A stretch of 64,000 nt of DNA, taken from assembly GCA_963779755.1 (NCBI GenBank), contig CAVZZO010000001.1, positions 1,248,001 to 1,312,000 of the forward strand, in the 5' to 3' direction. The notes under the pieces are model-generated. The model made no database searches, was not told the origin of the DNA, and worked only from the letters and a program-made list of their open reading frames with translations. Below are positions 1-8,918 of the stretch, one piece after another. Numbering within the stretch: the first letter of the stretch is position 1; every line of letters starts with the position of its first letter. This DNA comes from an uncultured Gemmatimonadales bacterium. GTDB taxonomy: Bacteria; Gemmatimonadota; Gemmatimonadetes; Gemmatimonadales; GWC2-71-9. Both the position numbers and the translations under genes were made by a program.

Positions 1-394
1 GCTCGTGCGCCAGGACGCCCTCCAGCTCCTCGGGCGGCATGTACTTGAGGATGCCGCTGGTGACGGCCACGACCGCGTGCTCCGGGTTGCGGCCGGTGGC
101 GAAGGCGTTGGGTTGCTCGTGCGGTGCGATGGCCAGCCGCGGCATGGGCAGGCCGGCCTTCTGGCGCAGGCGGTCGACCAGATCATACAGCGCCGGGGCG
201 TCGTCGCGGGTGACCTCCCGGGCCCGGTACATACGCAGCACCATCCGGTCCGAGAAGAAATACATGATGAAATTCATGGCCCCGCCGAGCACCAGGGCCA
301 GGATCATCCCGCTGCTGCCGCCGACGACGCCCCCCACCGCCACGAACAGGGCGATGAGACCGGCCATGAGCAGGAGCGTGCGAATGTTGTACAC
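1..394 (-). CDS. htpX: Zinc metalloprotease HtpX (5' part; runs off window start)
   Basis: Manual minus-strand translation from GTG at 394: MYNIRTLLLMAGLIALF...YFFSDRMVLRMY...PNAFATGRNPEHAVVAVTSGIL...ELEGVLAHE (start of HExxH). Not in the ORF track because it has no stop in the window. Confidence 0.92.
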   Translation of the reverse strand, partial: MYNIRTLLLMAGLIALFVAVGGVVGGSSGMILALVLGGAMNFIMYFFSDRMVLRMYRAREVTRDDAPALYDLVDRLRQKAGLPMPRLAIAPHEQPNAFATGRNPEHAVVAVTSGILKYMPPEELEGVLAHE

Positions 395-511
395 GGGTTG
401 CCTCTGTGAGAATACCGATCGGTGGAAGATAGCGACGGCAGGACGGCAGGACTGGAGCCGCAGGATGGCCGCCCGGATACGCCCGCTGGATGGCCCTGCC
501 GCCCTGTGGTC

Positions 512-1807
512 CTAGAACGGCGGGCCTTCCTGATGGACCGGGTCATCCAGCAGAATGGCCTGGAGTTCTGCTCCCGGAGGGGTTTCGAGCTGGCCCTCCG
601 GAATGATCAGCAGGGCATTGGCGCGGATCATCGAGGTAAGAATGCCGCTGCCCTGAGGCCCGGCCAGCCGCGCCTCCAGGCCTTCATCTCCGGCCTGCAC
701 CACGCCGCGCAGGAAGTGCTGCAGCCGGGGCCTGAGCAGGATCGGTTCCGCCGCCCGCACGGGCACGGCACGGCGGAAGGGCAGCAGGTGCCCACTCATG
801 ACCCGGATGGCCGGACGCACGAACAGCTCGAACGTGACCATGGTGCTCACCGGGTTACCCGGCAGGCCGATCCAGGGCAGCTCGCCCAGCAGGCCGAACC
901 CCACCGGCGCCCCCGGACGCATGCGGAGCCGCCAGAAGCGCAACTCCGAGCCCATGGCCTCGAGGACGCCGCGCAGGTGGTCGTGCTCGCCCACGCTGAT
1001 CCCGGCCGAGGTTACCAGCAGGTCGCAGTCGGTGGCGCGCTCCAGATGGCGGCGCACGCTCTCCGGCGTATCCTGCGCAATGCCCAGATTGACCGGCTCG
1101 CCTCCGGCGCGCCGCACCAGGGCCGTCAGGGTATGGGTGTTGGAGCTGGCGATCTTCCGGCCCGCGAGGATTTCGTCGGCCTGATCCACATCCACGATTT
1201 CATCGCCGCTGCCCAGGATGCCCACGCGGGGGCGGCGGTAGACCAGCGGGTGGCTGACGGCGAGCGATGCCAGCACCCCCAGCTGGGCCGGCCCCAGTTC
1301 GGTCCCGGCGGTCAGTACCGTCTCGCCCTGGCGGATATCTTCGCCCGCCAGGCGGTAGTTGGCGCCGGCGTCGCGATCGCTCCGGATGCGCACTTGCGAG
1401 ACGCCCTGGTCGGTGTCCTCCTGCCGGATGACGCAGTCGGCACCGTCGGGGAGCGGCGCGCCGGTGAAGATCCGGGCGCATTCCCCGGGACCGATCGCGC
1501 TGCCCGGCGCCGCGCCGGCCGCGATGCTGGCCACCACCGGCAGCTGGACCGGGTGCTCCCCGGAGGCTCCCCGGACGTCGTCGGCGCGAACGGCATAGCC
1601 GTCCATGGCCGAATTGGTGTGGGGGGGGATGTCCAACGGGCTGATCAGGTCTTCGGCGAGTACGCCGTCCAGCGCGTCGTCCAGCGGCACCCGCAGCGGC
1701 GGCTGACGGCGAATCTCCTCCAGAATCCGGAGCGCCGCCTCCCGCGCGGACAGCCCGGTTGCGGCCGTCCTGCCGTCCTGCCGTCCTGCCGTCTTGCCGG
1801 GCGTCAT
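512..1807 (-). CDS. moeA: Molybdopterin molybdotransferase MoeA
   Basis: SAMDGYAV, IFTGAPLP, GDE, LPGNPVS and SGIL motifs; start overlaps mobB stop. Confidence 0.95.
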   Translation of the reverse strand: MTPGKTAGRQDGRTAATGLSAREAALRILEEIRRQPPLRVPLDDALDGVLAEDLISPLDIPPHTNSAMDGYAVRADDVRGASGEHPVQLPVVASIAAGAAPGSAIGPGECARIFTGAPLPDGADCVIRQEDTDQGVSQVRIRSDRDAGANYRLAGEDIRQGETVLTAGTELGPAQLGVLASLAVSHPLVYRRPRVGILGSGDEIVDVDQADEILAGRKIASSNTHTLTALVRRAGGEPVNLGIAQDTPESVRRHLERATDCDLLVTSAGISVGEHDHLRGVLEAMGSELRFWRLRMRPGAPVGFGLLGELPWIGLPGNPVSTMVTFELFVRPAIRVMSGHLLPFRRAVPVRAAEPILLRPRLQHFLRGVVQAGDEGLEARLAGPQGSGILTSMIRANALLIIPEGQLETPPGAELQAILLDDPVHQEGPPF

Positions 1808-2331
1808 ATTACCTGCGCGCGATCCCAGGCGATCGAGGCGAGCAGCTGCAGCCAGATGGTGTCGCGGAAGCGAAGCACGTGACAGCGCGCCTCGAAGTCC
1901 TCATCGTCGGTGAGCACGGCCACCCAGTCGTCCGCATTGGGGGCATCTGCCTGGTAGAGGGGCGGGAGGCCCACGGCGGTGCGATAGACCTCGATCTTGG
2001 GCAGGGGTGCCTTCTTGAACCCCTCCACCAGGACGATATCGGCCCCGTCCAGATAGCGGCGCGCCAGCGTCACCGGGTCGGTGGTGTCGGGCGTGCGCTC
2101 GATGACGGCCCGCTGGTCGGGCGCCGCGAGCAGCACCCGCTCGGCTTTGCCCTCGTGGAAGTGCCGGTAGGTGTCGGTGCCGGGCTCGTCCAGGCGCGCC
2201 GGATGGGTGGCGTGCTTGATGGTCATGACCCGGCGGCGGCGACGCACAAACTCGCTGGCCAGGGCCACCACCAGCGTGGTCTTCCCCGAGTTCTTCTGCC
2301 CGATCACCGAGATGATGCGTGTTGCCGCCAC
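1804..2331 (-). CDS. mobB: Molybdopterin-guanine dinucleotide biosynthesis protein B
   Basis: GQKNSGKTT P-loop, IKH, DT.R, LVEGFK. Confidence 0.93.
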   Translation of the reverse strand: MAATRIISVIGQKNSGKTTLVVALASEFVRRRRRVMTIKHATHPARLDEPGTDTYRHFHEGKAERVLLAAPDQRAVIERTPDTTDPVTLARRYLDGADIVLVEGFKKAPLPKIEVYRTAVGLPPLYQADAPNADDWVAVLTDDEDFEARCHVLRFRDTIWLQLLASIAWDRAQVI

Positions 2332-2912
2332 AGCCGCTCCGCCAGCGCGAGATCGTCGGGAGTATTGACGTTGAAGAACAGGAACGCCGGATCGCCATGG
2401 CGGCTGACCCGCTCCAGAGGGAGGATACCGACATCGAGGGCGTCATGGAAGGCGATCGCCCGCCGGTCGCCCCGCGCCAGGGCGGCCTCGATAGCGGGGC
2501 GACAGGCGGGGCCGTACGCGGCGCAGAGGGGCTCCACCCCGCGGCGGCCTTCGCTGGCGGGAAGCAGGGCATCGTGGCCCTCAAGGTCCCGGGCCAGCTC
2601 GGCTATCAGGGAGCCCGGCACGAACGGCATGTCCCACGCGACGCACAGGACCGGCGCCGGCCCCTGGGTCACGGCGGTCAACAGGCCGCCCAGGGCGCCC
2701 GTACCCGGCGCCACGTCCGCCACGATCTCCAGCCCCGTGTTCCACTCGCCGGCGGCCGGATCGTTGGCGACCAGCAGTGGCGGCGCGCCGAGCGCCGTGG
2801 CCACGGCTCGCGCCAGCCGGTCCACGATGCGCTCGCCCCCGACCGTCTCCAGCCCCTTGGGCCGCCGGTCGTAGCGCGTCGCCGCGCCGCCGGCCAGAAT
2901 CACCCCGCGCAT
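2304..2912 (-). CDS. mobA: Molybdenum cofactor guanylyltransferase
   Basis: C-terminal part of ORF 2304..3845: GVILAGG, DMPF, EPLCAAY, FFNVNTPDDL; start reassigned to ATG 2912 (alternative 2921). Confidence 0.9.
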   Translation of the reverse strand: MRGVILAGGAATRYDRRPKGLETVGGERIVDRLARAVATALGAPPLLVANDPAAGEWNTGLEIVADVAPGTGALGGLLTAVTQGPAPVLCVAWDMPFVPGSLIAELARDLEGHDALLPASEGRRGVEPLCAAYGPACRPAIEAALARGDRRAIAFHDALDVGILPLERVSRHGDPAFLFFNVNTPDDLALAERLWRQHASSR

Positions 2913-3019
2913 TCCCCCCATTGCCCGTGTCCCCGTCGCGGAAAAAGGCCCCCTCAGGATAATCCCGAAGGGGCCCGAGCCATACGACGCCCGCGGGCGC
3001 CGGCTGGCGTGTTGCCGAC

Positions 3020-3655
3020 TTAGCGCGGGGGAAGGCTGGTACTGTCGTGCCCCATCTGGCGCGTGCTCGTAGTGTCGCTGCCCGGCAGAGCGGTGGTGTC
3101 CCGCCCCATCACGCCGGTGCTGGTGGTATCGCGGCCGTAGGCGCTGGTATCGTTCCCCATCGGATTGTTCTGCTTCTGCTGCATCGGCATGTTGCCGTCC
3201 ATCGGCCCGAGGGTCCCTTCGGAGAGCTGCCCGCGGACGGCGCCCTGGGGGAACTTCTCGTTGTGGACGTTCACGTAATAGGCGTCCGGGTTCTCCTGGA
3301 TGTCTTCGATCACGTCCTTGGACGCGGTGGCGCAGTCCTGCACCTGGCCGCTCTCGGGCGCCTTGAGCGTCACGACCGGCGGCCCCGACTTGCCCGCATC
3401 GCCCTTGTGGATGTGCGCCGCGGTGGGCGAATCGACGTTGGACACGCGCAGGGTGTAGCAGATCTGTCCCTGGTCGGGCTTGAGGGTGAGGTTGAAGGTG
3501 CCCGTTCCGTCGGTGGACCCCGGGGTGGGCGCCTCGGCGGCCCCGCTGAGACTGGCTGAGAGGCGGTTCTGGTTCATTTCCGGGTTCTGCGCCTGCGCCG
3601 CGACGGTCAGACCTGCAGACAAGGTCGCGGCAAGGAGAGCTGCTGAGAGTCGCAT
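3020..3655 (-). CDS. Exported CHRD-domain protein with repetitive Ser/Thr-rich tail
   Basis: Signal peptide MRLSAALLAA...AQA; AAHIH-G, YYVNVHN..FP.GAVRGQL typical of CHRD. Confidence 0.85.
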   Translation of the reverse strand: MRLSAALLAATLSAGLTVAAQAQNPEMNQNRLSASLSGAAEAPTPGSTDGTGTFNLTLKPDQGQICYTLRVSNVDSPTAAHIHKGDAGKSGPPVVTLKAPESGQVQDCATASKDVIEDIQENPDAYYVNVHNEKFPQGAVRGQLSEGTLGPMDGNMPMQQKQNNPMGNDTSAYGRDTTSTGVMGRDTTALPGSDTTSTRQMGHDSTSLPPR

Positions 3656-3807
3656 GGTTCGTCCCTGGTTGTGGAGTACCGTGGGTGGTGCGGCCGGCCG
3701 GCCAGCACCCCTCGCAGCACGTTGGTGCCGCGCCGGGGAAGGGTACGCCCCCGGCACCTCGCGCACGGTGACAGCCGTCACCGGAAATGTGCGTACTTAG
3801 GGAAAGG

Positions 3808-4596
3808 TCAGTAGCGGCGGCTGCGGCGCCCGGCAAGGACAACATCGAACCCGAAGGTCATGCTGACCAGGTGGTGGAGGCTGCGACTGCTTGGTGGTGC
3901 AAGGCCATCTTTCAGTGTGGCGCCCGTCACGACCCGGAGGCTGGTGAGCTGGTCGCGCACCTCCCAGCGCAGTTGATAGCCGGCGCCAAGGGGCGCGGTG
4001 AAGCCGAAGCCCAGGCCGAGCACCGGAGCCGCCCGGTAGCCCGAAGCGTCCACATAAATGGGCACCGTCACCGATTGGCCGCCGGAGTTGTCGATCCCCG
4101 CCAGCGCCAGCGTGCTGTGCTGGGTGAATGCCAGGGCCAGGTGCGCGCGCAGGTAAGGCTGGATGGCGTGGTGCACCCAGGGCCGATATTCCCCGCCCAC
4201 CCCGAATGCCGCGCCCTGCCCCGAGGACTCCCCCGAAATACTGGTGCAGACCGCCGGTCCCCGGTCATTGCCGGTGGCGTAGGCCAGGTGGCATGCGTCC
4301 GCGGTGCCCAGGCCCATCAGCATCATTTCGCCGGTGAACCCCCAGTGCAGGCCGGGGAACCAGGTGGCGTGCACCACCACACTGAGGCTGGAACGCACCC
4401 GGCGGTTCAGGCGCAGGGTGTCCGTGCCGCTGACGTCCTGGAGCGGTTGCGCGCTCACCGTCCAGAGATCGCTGCCGGTGATGACGCCGGCACCGATCCC
4501 GACGCTCAGCTGTGAGATCGGAGCCTGCTGGGCCCCGGCCCGGGCCGGCAGCAGCACCAGCAGGACGGCGAGAAACCGCGTCACACGCCAGCGCAT
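3808..4596 (-). CDS. Exported hypothetical protein, probable outer-membrane beta-barrel (paralog of 4646..5452)
   Basis: Signal peptide, alternating amphipathic strands, obvious similarity to neighbour. Confidence 0.7.
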   Translation of the reverse strand: MRWRVTRFLAVLLVLLPARAGAQQAPISQLSVGIGAGVITGSDLWTVSAQPLQDVSGTDTLRLNRRVRSSLSVVVHATWFPGLHWGFTGEMMLMGLGTADACHLAYATGNDRGPAVCTSISGESSGQGAAFGVGGEYRPWVHHAIQPYLRAHLALAFTQHSTLALAGIDNSGGQSVTVPIYVDASGYRAAPVLGLGFGFTAPLGAGYQLRWEVRDQLTSLRVVTGATLKDGLAPPSSRSLHHLVSMTFGFDVVLAGRRSRRY

Positions 4597-4645
4597 GAGG
4601 CTCCTTGTCTGAGTGTTCAGCCGTCAGTCCGCAGGTGGCGCTCTC

Positions 4646-5452
4646 CTAGTAGCGATGGCCTCGCTTCCGCTCCAGCACGACGTCGAATCCGAAGGTGACG
4701 GTGATGAGGTTCTTGATGACCATCTTGTGGGGGGGCTCGAGCCCGGGCATGGGGGTGGAGCCGGTCACCTTGTCCACACCGGTGATCTGGTCACGCAGCT
4801 CCCAGCGTAGCTGGTAGCCGGGGCCCACCGCCGCCGTAAAGCCCACACCGAGGCCGAGGACCGGCATGATCTGGCGCCGGGTGGGGTCGGTGAAGATTGG
4901 CACGGTCACGGGGTCGTTGGGATCGGTGTCGTCGATGCCGTCCACCCGAATGGTGCTGTGCTGGGTGATGACGGCGCCCAGATGGGCGCGGGCGTAGGGG
5001 GAGATCACACGATGGCTGGCGACCCGGTAGATCGCGCCGACGCTGAGCGCCACCGCGCTGGCCGCCGAGGTGTTGCCCTGCAGGTTGTTGCAGACGATCT
5101 GCGCCCGGCGGGAGCCCGAGGGCGCCGTATCGGTGCACTGGTCTTCCGTGCCCAGGCCCAGCAGCTGGGCCTCCCCGGTAATTCCCCAGTGATCGCCGGG
5201 GAAATAGGTGCCGTGAAACACCACCGAGAGCGATGAGCGGATGCGGCGGGAAAGACGCAGGTAATCGACCAGCCCGACGGTATCGGCGATCGGCTGGCCG
5301 GAGACGGTCCACAGGTCCGTCCCCGCGGCGATTCCCGCGGCCACTCCGAGGCTGAGGCGGGCCTGGTCGGCCGTTTTCTGCGCGGCCAGGGAGGACGCCG
5401 CTCCGAGTGCCAGCAGGCCCGCCGCCGCGATCCCGTTCAGCAGACTCCGCAT
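4646..5452 (-). CDS. Exported hypothetical protein, probable outer-membrane beta-barrel (paralog of 3808..4596)
   Basis: Signal peptide; shared DLWTVS.QP, RR.RSSLSVV.H.T.FPG.HWG, YQLRWE.RDQ, TFGFDVVL. Confidence 0.7.
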   Translation of the reverse strand: MRSLLNGIAAAGLLALGAASSLAAQKTADQARLSLGVAAGIAAGTDLWTVSGQPIADTVGLVDYLRLSRRIRSSLSVVFHGTYFPGDHWGITGEAQLLGLGTEDQCTDTAPSGSRRAQIVCNNLQGNTSAASAVALSVGAIYRVASHRVISPYARAHLGAVITQHSTIRVDGIDDTDPNDPVTVPIFTDPTRRQIMPVLGLGVGFTAAVGPGYQLRWELRDQITGVDKVTGSTPMPGLEPPHKMVIKNLITVTFGFDVVLERKRGHRY

Positions 5453-5874
5453 CAGCCCCCCAGGAGAGAATGGTGGTCAACCGCGAGACAGCGGTTCATG
5501 ATGACCGGGATGCCCTGCGCTTCCAGGCGCCGGGCACTGGGCTCGCTGACGACGCCCAGCTGCATCCAGACCAGCCCGGGATGGACGGCGAGCATGTGCT
5601 CGACCAGGGCGGGCACGGCCTCCGGCCGCCGGAATACGTTCACAATATCGATTGCCACGCCCGACGCTAGAGCCGAGGGAAGATCGGGATAGACCCGCTC
5701 CCCCAGGATCTGCTCGATTGGTCCGGGCCGCACCGGGATGATGCGGTAACCGGCCCGCTGCAGATAGGCCGCCACCGAGTGGCTGGGACGGGCGGCGCGG
5801 GGGCTCAGGCCCACGACCGCGATCCCCCGGGCCTCGCGGAGCAGGCCCCGCAGCCGGGGATCGTCCGGCCTCAC
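5452..5874 (-). CDS. CoA-binding protein (YccU-like)
   Basis: IAVVGLS...RPS, DIVNVFR, VWMQLG, MNRC. Confidence 0.88.
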   Translation of the reverse strand: MRPDDPRLRGLLREARGIAVVGLSPRAARPSHSVAAYLQRAGYRIIPVRPGPIEQILGERVYPDLPSALASGVAIDIVNVFRRPEAVPALVEHMLAVHPGLVWMQLGVVSEPSARRLEAQGIPVIMNRCLAVDHHSLLGG

Positions 5875-6596
5875 GCGCGTTCCGGCGGGCCGGCGCCATG
5901 CCGCTGCGGGGTGCCGCTCACCGCCCGGCCGATCAGGACCATCCCGCTGCGGCGGGCAATCTCCACCGCCAGCGTCGAAGGCACCGAGGGGGTCGCCAGA
6001 AAGGTGAGCCCGGCCCGGGCACCCTTGTACGCCAGCTCGGCGGAAATCCGCCCCGTCACCAGCAACCCCAGCCCGCCGACCGGCCGCCCGGCGAGTAGCG
6101 CCTGGCCGATGACCTTGTCCACGGCGTTATGCCGCCCGATGTCCTCGGCGTGCCCCACCAGGACCTCGCCGTCGGTGAGTGCCGCCGCGTGGATCCCGCC
6201 GGTGTCGCGGTAACGCTCGCCCCGCTGGAAGAGTGCCTTGAATAACTCCCGGAGCCGCTCCGGCGCCGGCGGCTCGGCCCTCGCGGGCTCTTCCCGGATG
6301 GTGGCCGGGTCCGCCAGATAGGTGGAGACGGCTCCGCACCCTGAAGCCAACACAGGACGGCGCCCTTCGGTCTCCACCAGGCGAACCCGTTCGGCGTCCA
6401 GCGTGGCCCAGAAGCCGAGATCGGTGGCGCAGGGCCGCAGTCGGACATCGCCGATCCGCGCGATATAGCCCTCGCCGTAGAGCCAGCCGATGGCCAGTTC
6501 CTCCAGCAGGTCGGGGGTGCACATCCAGGTGACGGCCGGACGCCCGTTGATCTCGAGCCAGACCGGCGTCTCTTCCACGACCGCCCCGGGCGACAT
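5871..6596 (-). CDS. fdhD: Formate dehydrogenase accessory sulfurtransferase FdhD
   Basis: EE.P, TP..LEELA.G.L..EG, SGCG, TGGIHAAA, EDIGRHNAVDK; start uncertain (6596 or 6647). Confidence 0.88.
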   Translation of the reverse strand: MSPGAVVEETPVWLEINGRPAVTWMCTPDLLEELAIGWLYGEGYIARIGDVRLRPCATDLGFWATLDAERVRLVETEGRRPVLASGCGAVSTYLADPATIREEPARAEPPAPERLRELFKALFQRGERYRDTGGIHAAALTDGEVLVGHAEDIGRHNAVDKVIGQALLAGRPVGGLGLLVTGRISAELAYKGARAGLTFLATPSVPSTLAVEIARRSGMVLIGRAVSGTPQRHGAGPPERA

Positions 6597-6621
6597 GCGC
6601 CCCCGGCGGCGGGTGCCCGCC

Positions 6622-7032
6622 TCAGGCCTCTCGGCGTCGCTCGGCATAGAGAGTCGGATCCTCCGCGACACGCACGCAGTCCAGCCGCACGCCGGAGGGA
6701 AGCTGCGGCGCCAGGCGCTGGTAGAGCTGGTCTGCCAGCGCCTCGCAGGTGGGAAGGGGATGGCCGGCATCGAAGCCGGGGAGGGTATTGAGCCGTTGCC
6801 CGGCCAGCCGGAGGACGACTTCTTCGTGCAACAGCGCATCCAGTGCGGCGAGATCGACCACCATGCCCCCGGCGTCGGGGGTGCCCGAGACCGTTACCGC
6901 ACACTCGTACTGGTGTTCGTGCCACTCGGACACGGCGCCGAATTCACGCCGGTTGGCGGCCTCGTTCCGATCGGGGCGGAACATCCGGTGGGCGGCGGAA
7001 AAGCGGACCACCCGGGTGAGCGAGACCGCCAT
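6622..7032 (-). CDS. 6-pyruvoyl/6-carboxy-tetrahydropterin synthase family protein, divergent active site
   Basis: FSAAHR, HxH (HEH) Zn ligands, GMVVD, LN, PT.E; canonical Cys..HGH absent. Confidence 0.8.
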   Translation of the reverse strand: MAVSLTRVVRFSAAHRMFRPDRNEAANRREFGAVSEWHEHQYECAVTVSGTPDAGGMVVDLAALDALLHEEVVLRLAGQRLNTLPGFDAGHPLPTCEALADQLYQRLAPQLPSGVRLDCVRVAEDPTLYAERRREA

Positions 7033-7036
7033 GACC

Positions 7037-7783
7037 TCAGAAGGAGATGCCCAGCCCCGCCTGCAGCCACAGGCTGCCGTCCCATTTGGACAGCTTGCCG
7101 TTGGTGACGACGGCGTTGGACTGGTCAGGGGTGCCGGGCTGCACGGCAGGCTCCTGCGCATAGCTGCCCGGGTACTTCAATTTCCAGAGGTTGACCTTGC
7201 CGTCCAGGCGCAGGTGCAGGTGGCGGGTGAGGAAGAGCCGCACGCCTGCGCCGGGCGCCACAAAGAGCCGGTTGCCGAATTTGTACCCCGAGGTATCCGA
7301 CGGCGTACTCTGCGAGAGGGCGAAGCCGAAATCGCCGCCGATATAGGGCGCCACACCGTGCCAGGTCTTGGCCCCGGTCAGGTTCAGCTGGAGGCCGCCG
7401 CCGGCGAAGTAGACATACTGGGAGACCGGGCCGGTCACCCGGGTGGCGACGCTGTCGTAGGGATCGATGACCAGCCGCTCCAGCTCTCCGCGGGAGAGCA
7501 CCAGCGCCAGGCCCACCAGGCCGCCCACCCGGATATCATACCGCAGCCCGTAGGTGAGCCCGTGATGGGGGCCGACGCCCAGCGCGCCCCCGTCGCCCCG
7601 GAAGTCGCCCACCAGCGCCGTCCACGTGGCCCCGCGGGGGAGATCCTGGAAGGGCGAATGCCCCGGCGGATGCCCCACCTGCGCGCCGGCCGGCCGGAAC
7701 GGTACCAGGGCCAGCAGCAGGAAGAAAACCGCGATGGTTGACGTGCCGGGATGACGAGTGAACGGCGAAGGGCCGTTTGACAT
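7037..7783 (-). CDS. Exported outer-membrane beta-barrel protein
   Basis: Signal peptide ending AGAQ, amphipathic strands, C-terminal Phe (GLGISF). Confidence 0.7.
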   Translation of the reverse strand: MSNGPSPFTRHPGTSTIAVFFLLLALVPFRPAGAQVGHPPGHSPFQDLPRGATWTALVGDFRGDGGALGVGPHHGLTYGLRYDIRVGGLVGLALVLSRGELERLVIDPYDSVATRVTGPVSQYVYFAGGGLQLNLTGAKTWHGVAPYIGGDFGFALSQSTPSDTSGYKFGNRLFVAPGAGVRLFLTRHLHLRLDGKVNLWKLKYPGSYAQEPAVQPGTPDQSNAVVTNGKLSKWDGSLWLQAGLGISF

Positions 7784-7805
7784 GGTTCGGAGCCGATCCT
7801 ACGTT
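7777..7805 (+). promoter_or_regulatory. Sigma70-type promoter, probably leaderless, for gene at 7812
   Basis: TTGACA (7777-7782), 17 nt spacer, TACGTT (7800-7805), ATG 6 nt downstream. Confidence 0.7.
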
Positions 7806-7811
7806 GCGGTC

Positions 7812-8846
7812 ATGGTGACGTCAGCGCCGCAATCTACCCTGCACCTCCGGCGGCTACCAGCCTTCCTTCCGCTCATCCTGCTGCTCTCCGTGCTGCCGCA
7901 TTCGCTGCGGGCACAGGAACGCGCGCGGCTGAACCGGGACATCCCGTTCCGCAAGGCGCCCGACGAGGTCGTGCTCGGCACCCTGATGAACGGCACCGCG
8001 GTGCGGGTTGCTTCCACCCGGGGCGACTGGGCGCAGGTGCGGCTCGAGGGTGTCATCTGGGCCCGTTCGGTCGGCAATGCGCGGCGTGACGGGTTCGATG
8101 TCGTCGTCAGGGCGGACCGGGAAAACGTGCGCTCCGAGCCGAACGGCCGGATCCTGGCTCGAGTGGTCAAGGGCGCCCTGCTGAAGACGACGGCGTCGGC
8201 CCGGGGAGGATGGGTAGCGGTGCAGCGCGACGTCTGGGTGCCGCGGTCGGCCCTGGGCGGCGGGGCAGCCGCGGCACAGGCCGGCGGCCCCGATGCCACC
8301 GCCTCCGCGCCCCCGGTCTCGTCCGCGCCTGCCGCCGACCAGGTGGTGATGGCCGGGAGGGCCGGCATGTTCCGCGCGCCAGGCGGCGACTCGGCCGGCG
8401 CGCTGGATCAGGGCGTCCGGGCCCGGGTGGTGGCACGGTCCGGGGAATGGACCCGGATTCAGCTCGAGGCCTGGGTGCGCAGCAGCGACGTCCATCCGGC
8501 CGAAGACAGCTCCGCGCTGCACGGCGTCTCCGCGGCCGAGGTGCGGGCGGCGCCCAGCCGCTACGTGGGCCGCACGGTCGACTGGCGGGTACAGTTCCTG
8601 GCCGTGCAGCGCGCCGACGAGCTCCGGCCCGAGATCCCCGCCGGGCAGCCCTACCTGCTCACCCGCGGCCCCCTGCCGGAATCGGGATTCGTGTACATCA
8701 TGATCCCGGAGGACCAGGTCGACCGCTTCCAGCGGCTGCAGCCGCTGCAGGAGCTGAACGTGCGCGGGGTGATCCGCTCCGCGGCCACCCGCTACCTCCC
8801 CAACCCGGTGCTGGAGCTGGTGGCGCTACTGCCGAATGGCGGCTGA
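7812..8846 (+). CDS. Exported protein with repeated SH3b-like domains and a C-terminal domain of unknown function
   Basis: Signal peptide; three segments such as R.AP....LG.L..G..VRV....G.W..V.LEG.VW; start chosen from promoter. Confidence 0.65.
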   Translation: MVTSAPQSTLHLRRLPAFLPLILLLSVLPHSLRAQERARLNRDIPFRKAPDEVVLGTLMNGTAVRVASTRGDWAQVRLEGVIWARSVGNARRDGFDVVVRADRENVRSEPNGRILARVVKGALLKTTASARGGWVAVQRDVWVPRSALGGGAAAAQAGGPDATASAPPVSSAPAADQVVMAGRAGMFRAPGGDSAGALDQGVRARVVARSGEWTRIQLEAWVRSSDVHPAEDSSALHGVSAAEVRAAPSRYVGRTVDWRVQFLAVQRADELRPEIPAGQPYLLTRGPLPESGFVYIMIPEDQVDRFQRLQPLQELNVRGVIRSAATRYLPNPVLELVALLPNGG

Positions 8847-8918
8847 TGAGGCCGCCGGGTGGCGCCATGCCTCAACTGGCGCCAGATTCTCGGGGACCAT
8901 TCCGGCCGGCGGGATCCG

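Noticed and set aside
2913..3845. 513-aa MobA fusion suggested by the ORF track
   Set aside because: Upstream part is an off-frame read through the CHRD gene; MobA motifs start at 2912.
7798..7825. Additional ECF promoter (CGTAGG on minus)
   Set aside because: No TGAA(A/T)C at 16-17 nt spacing.
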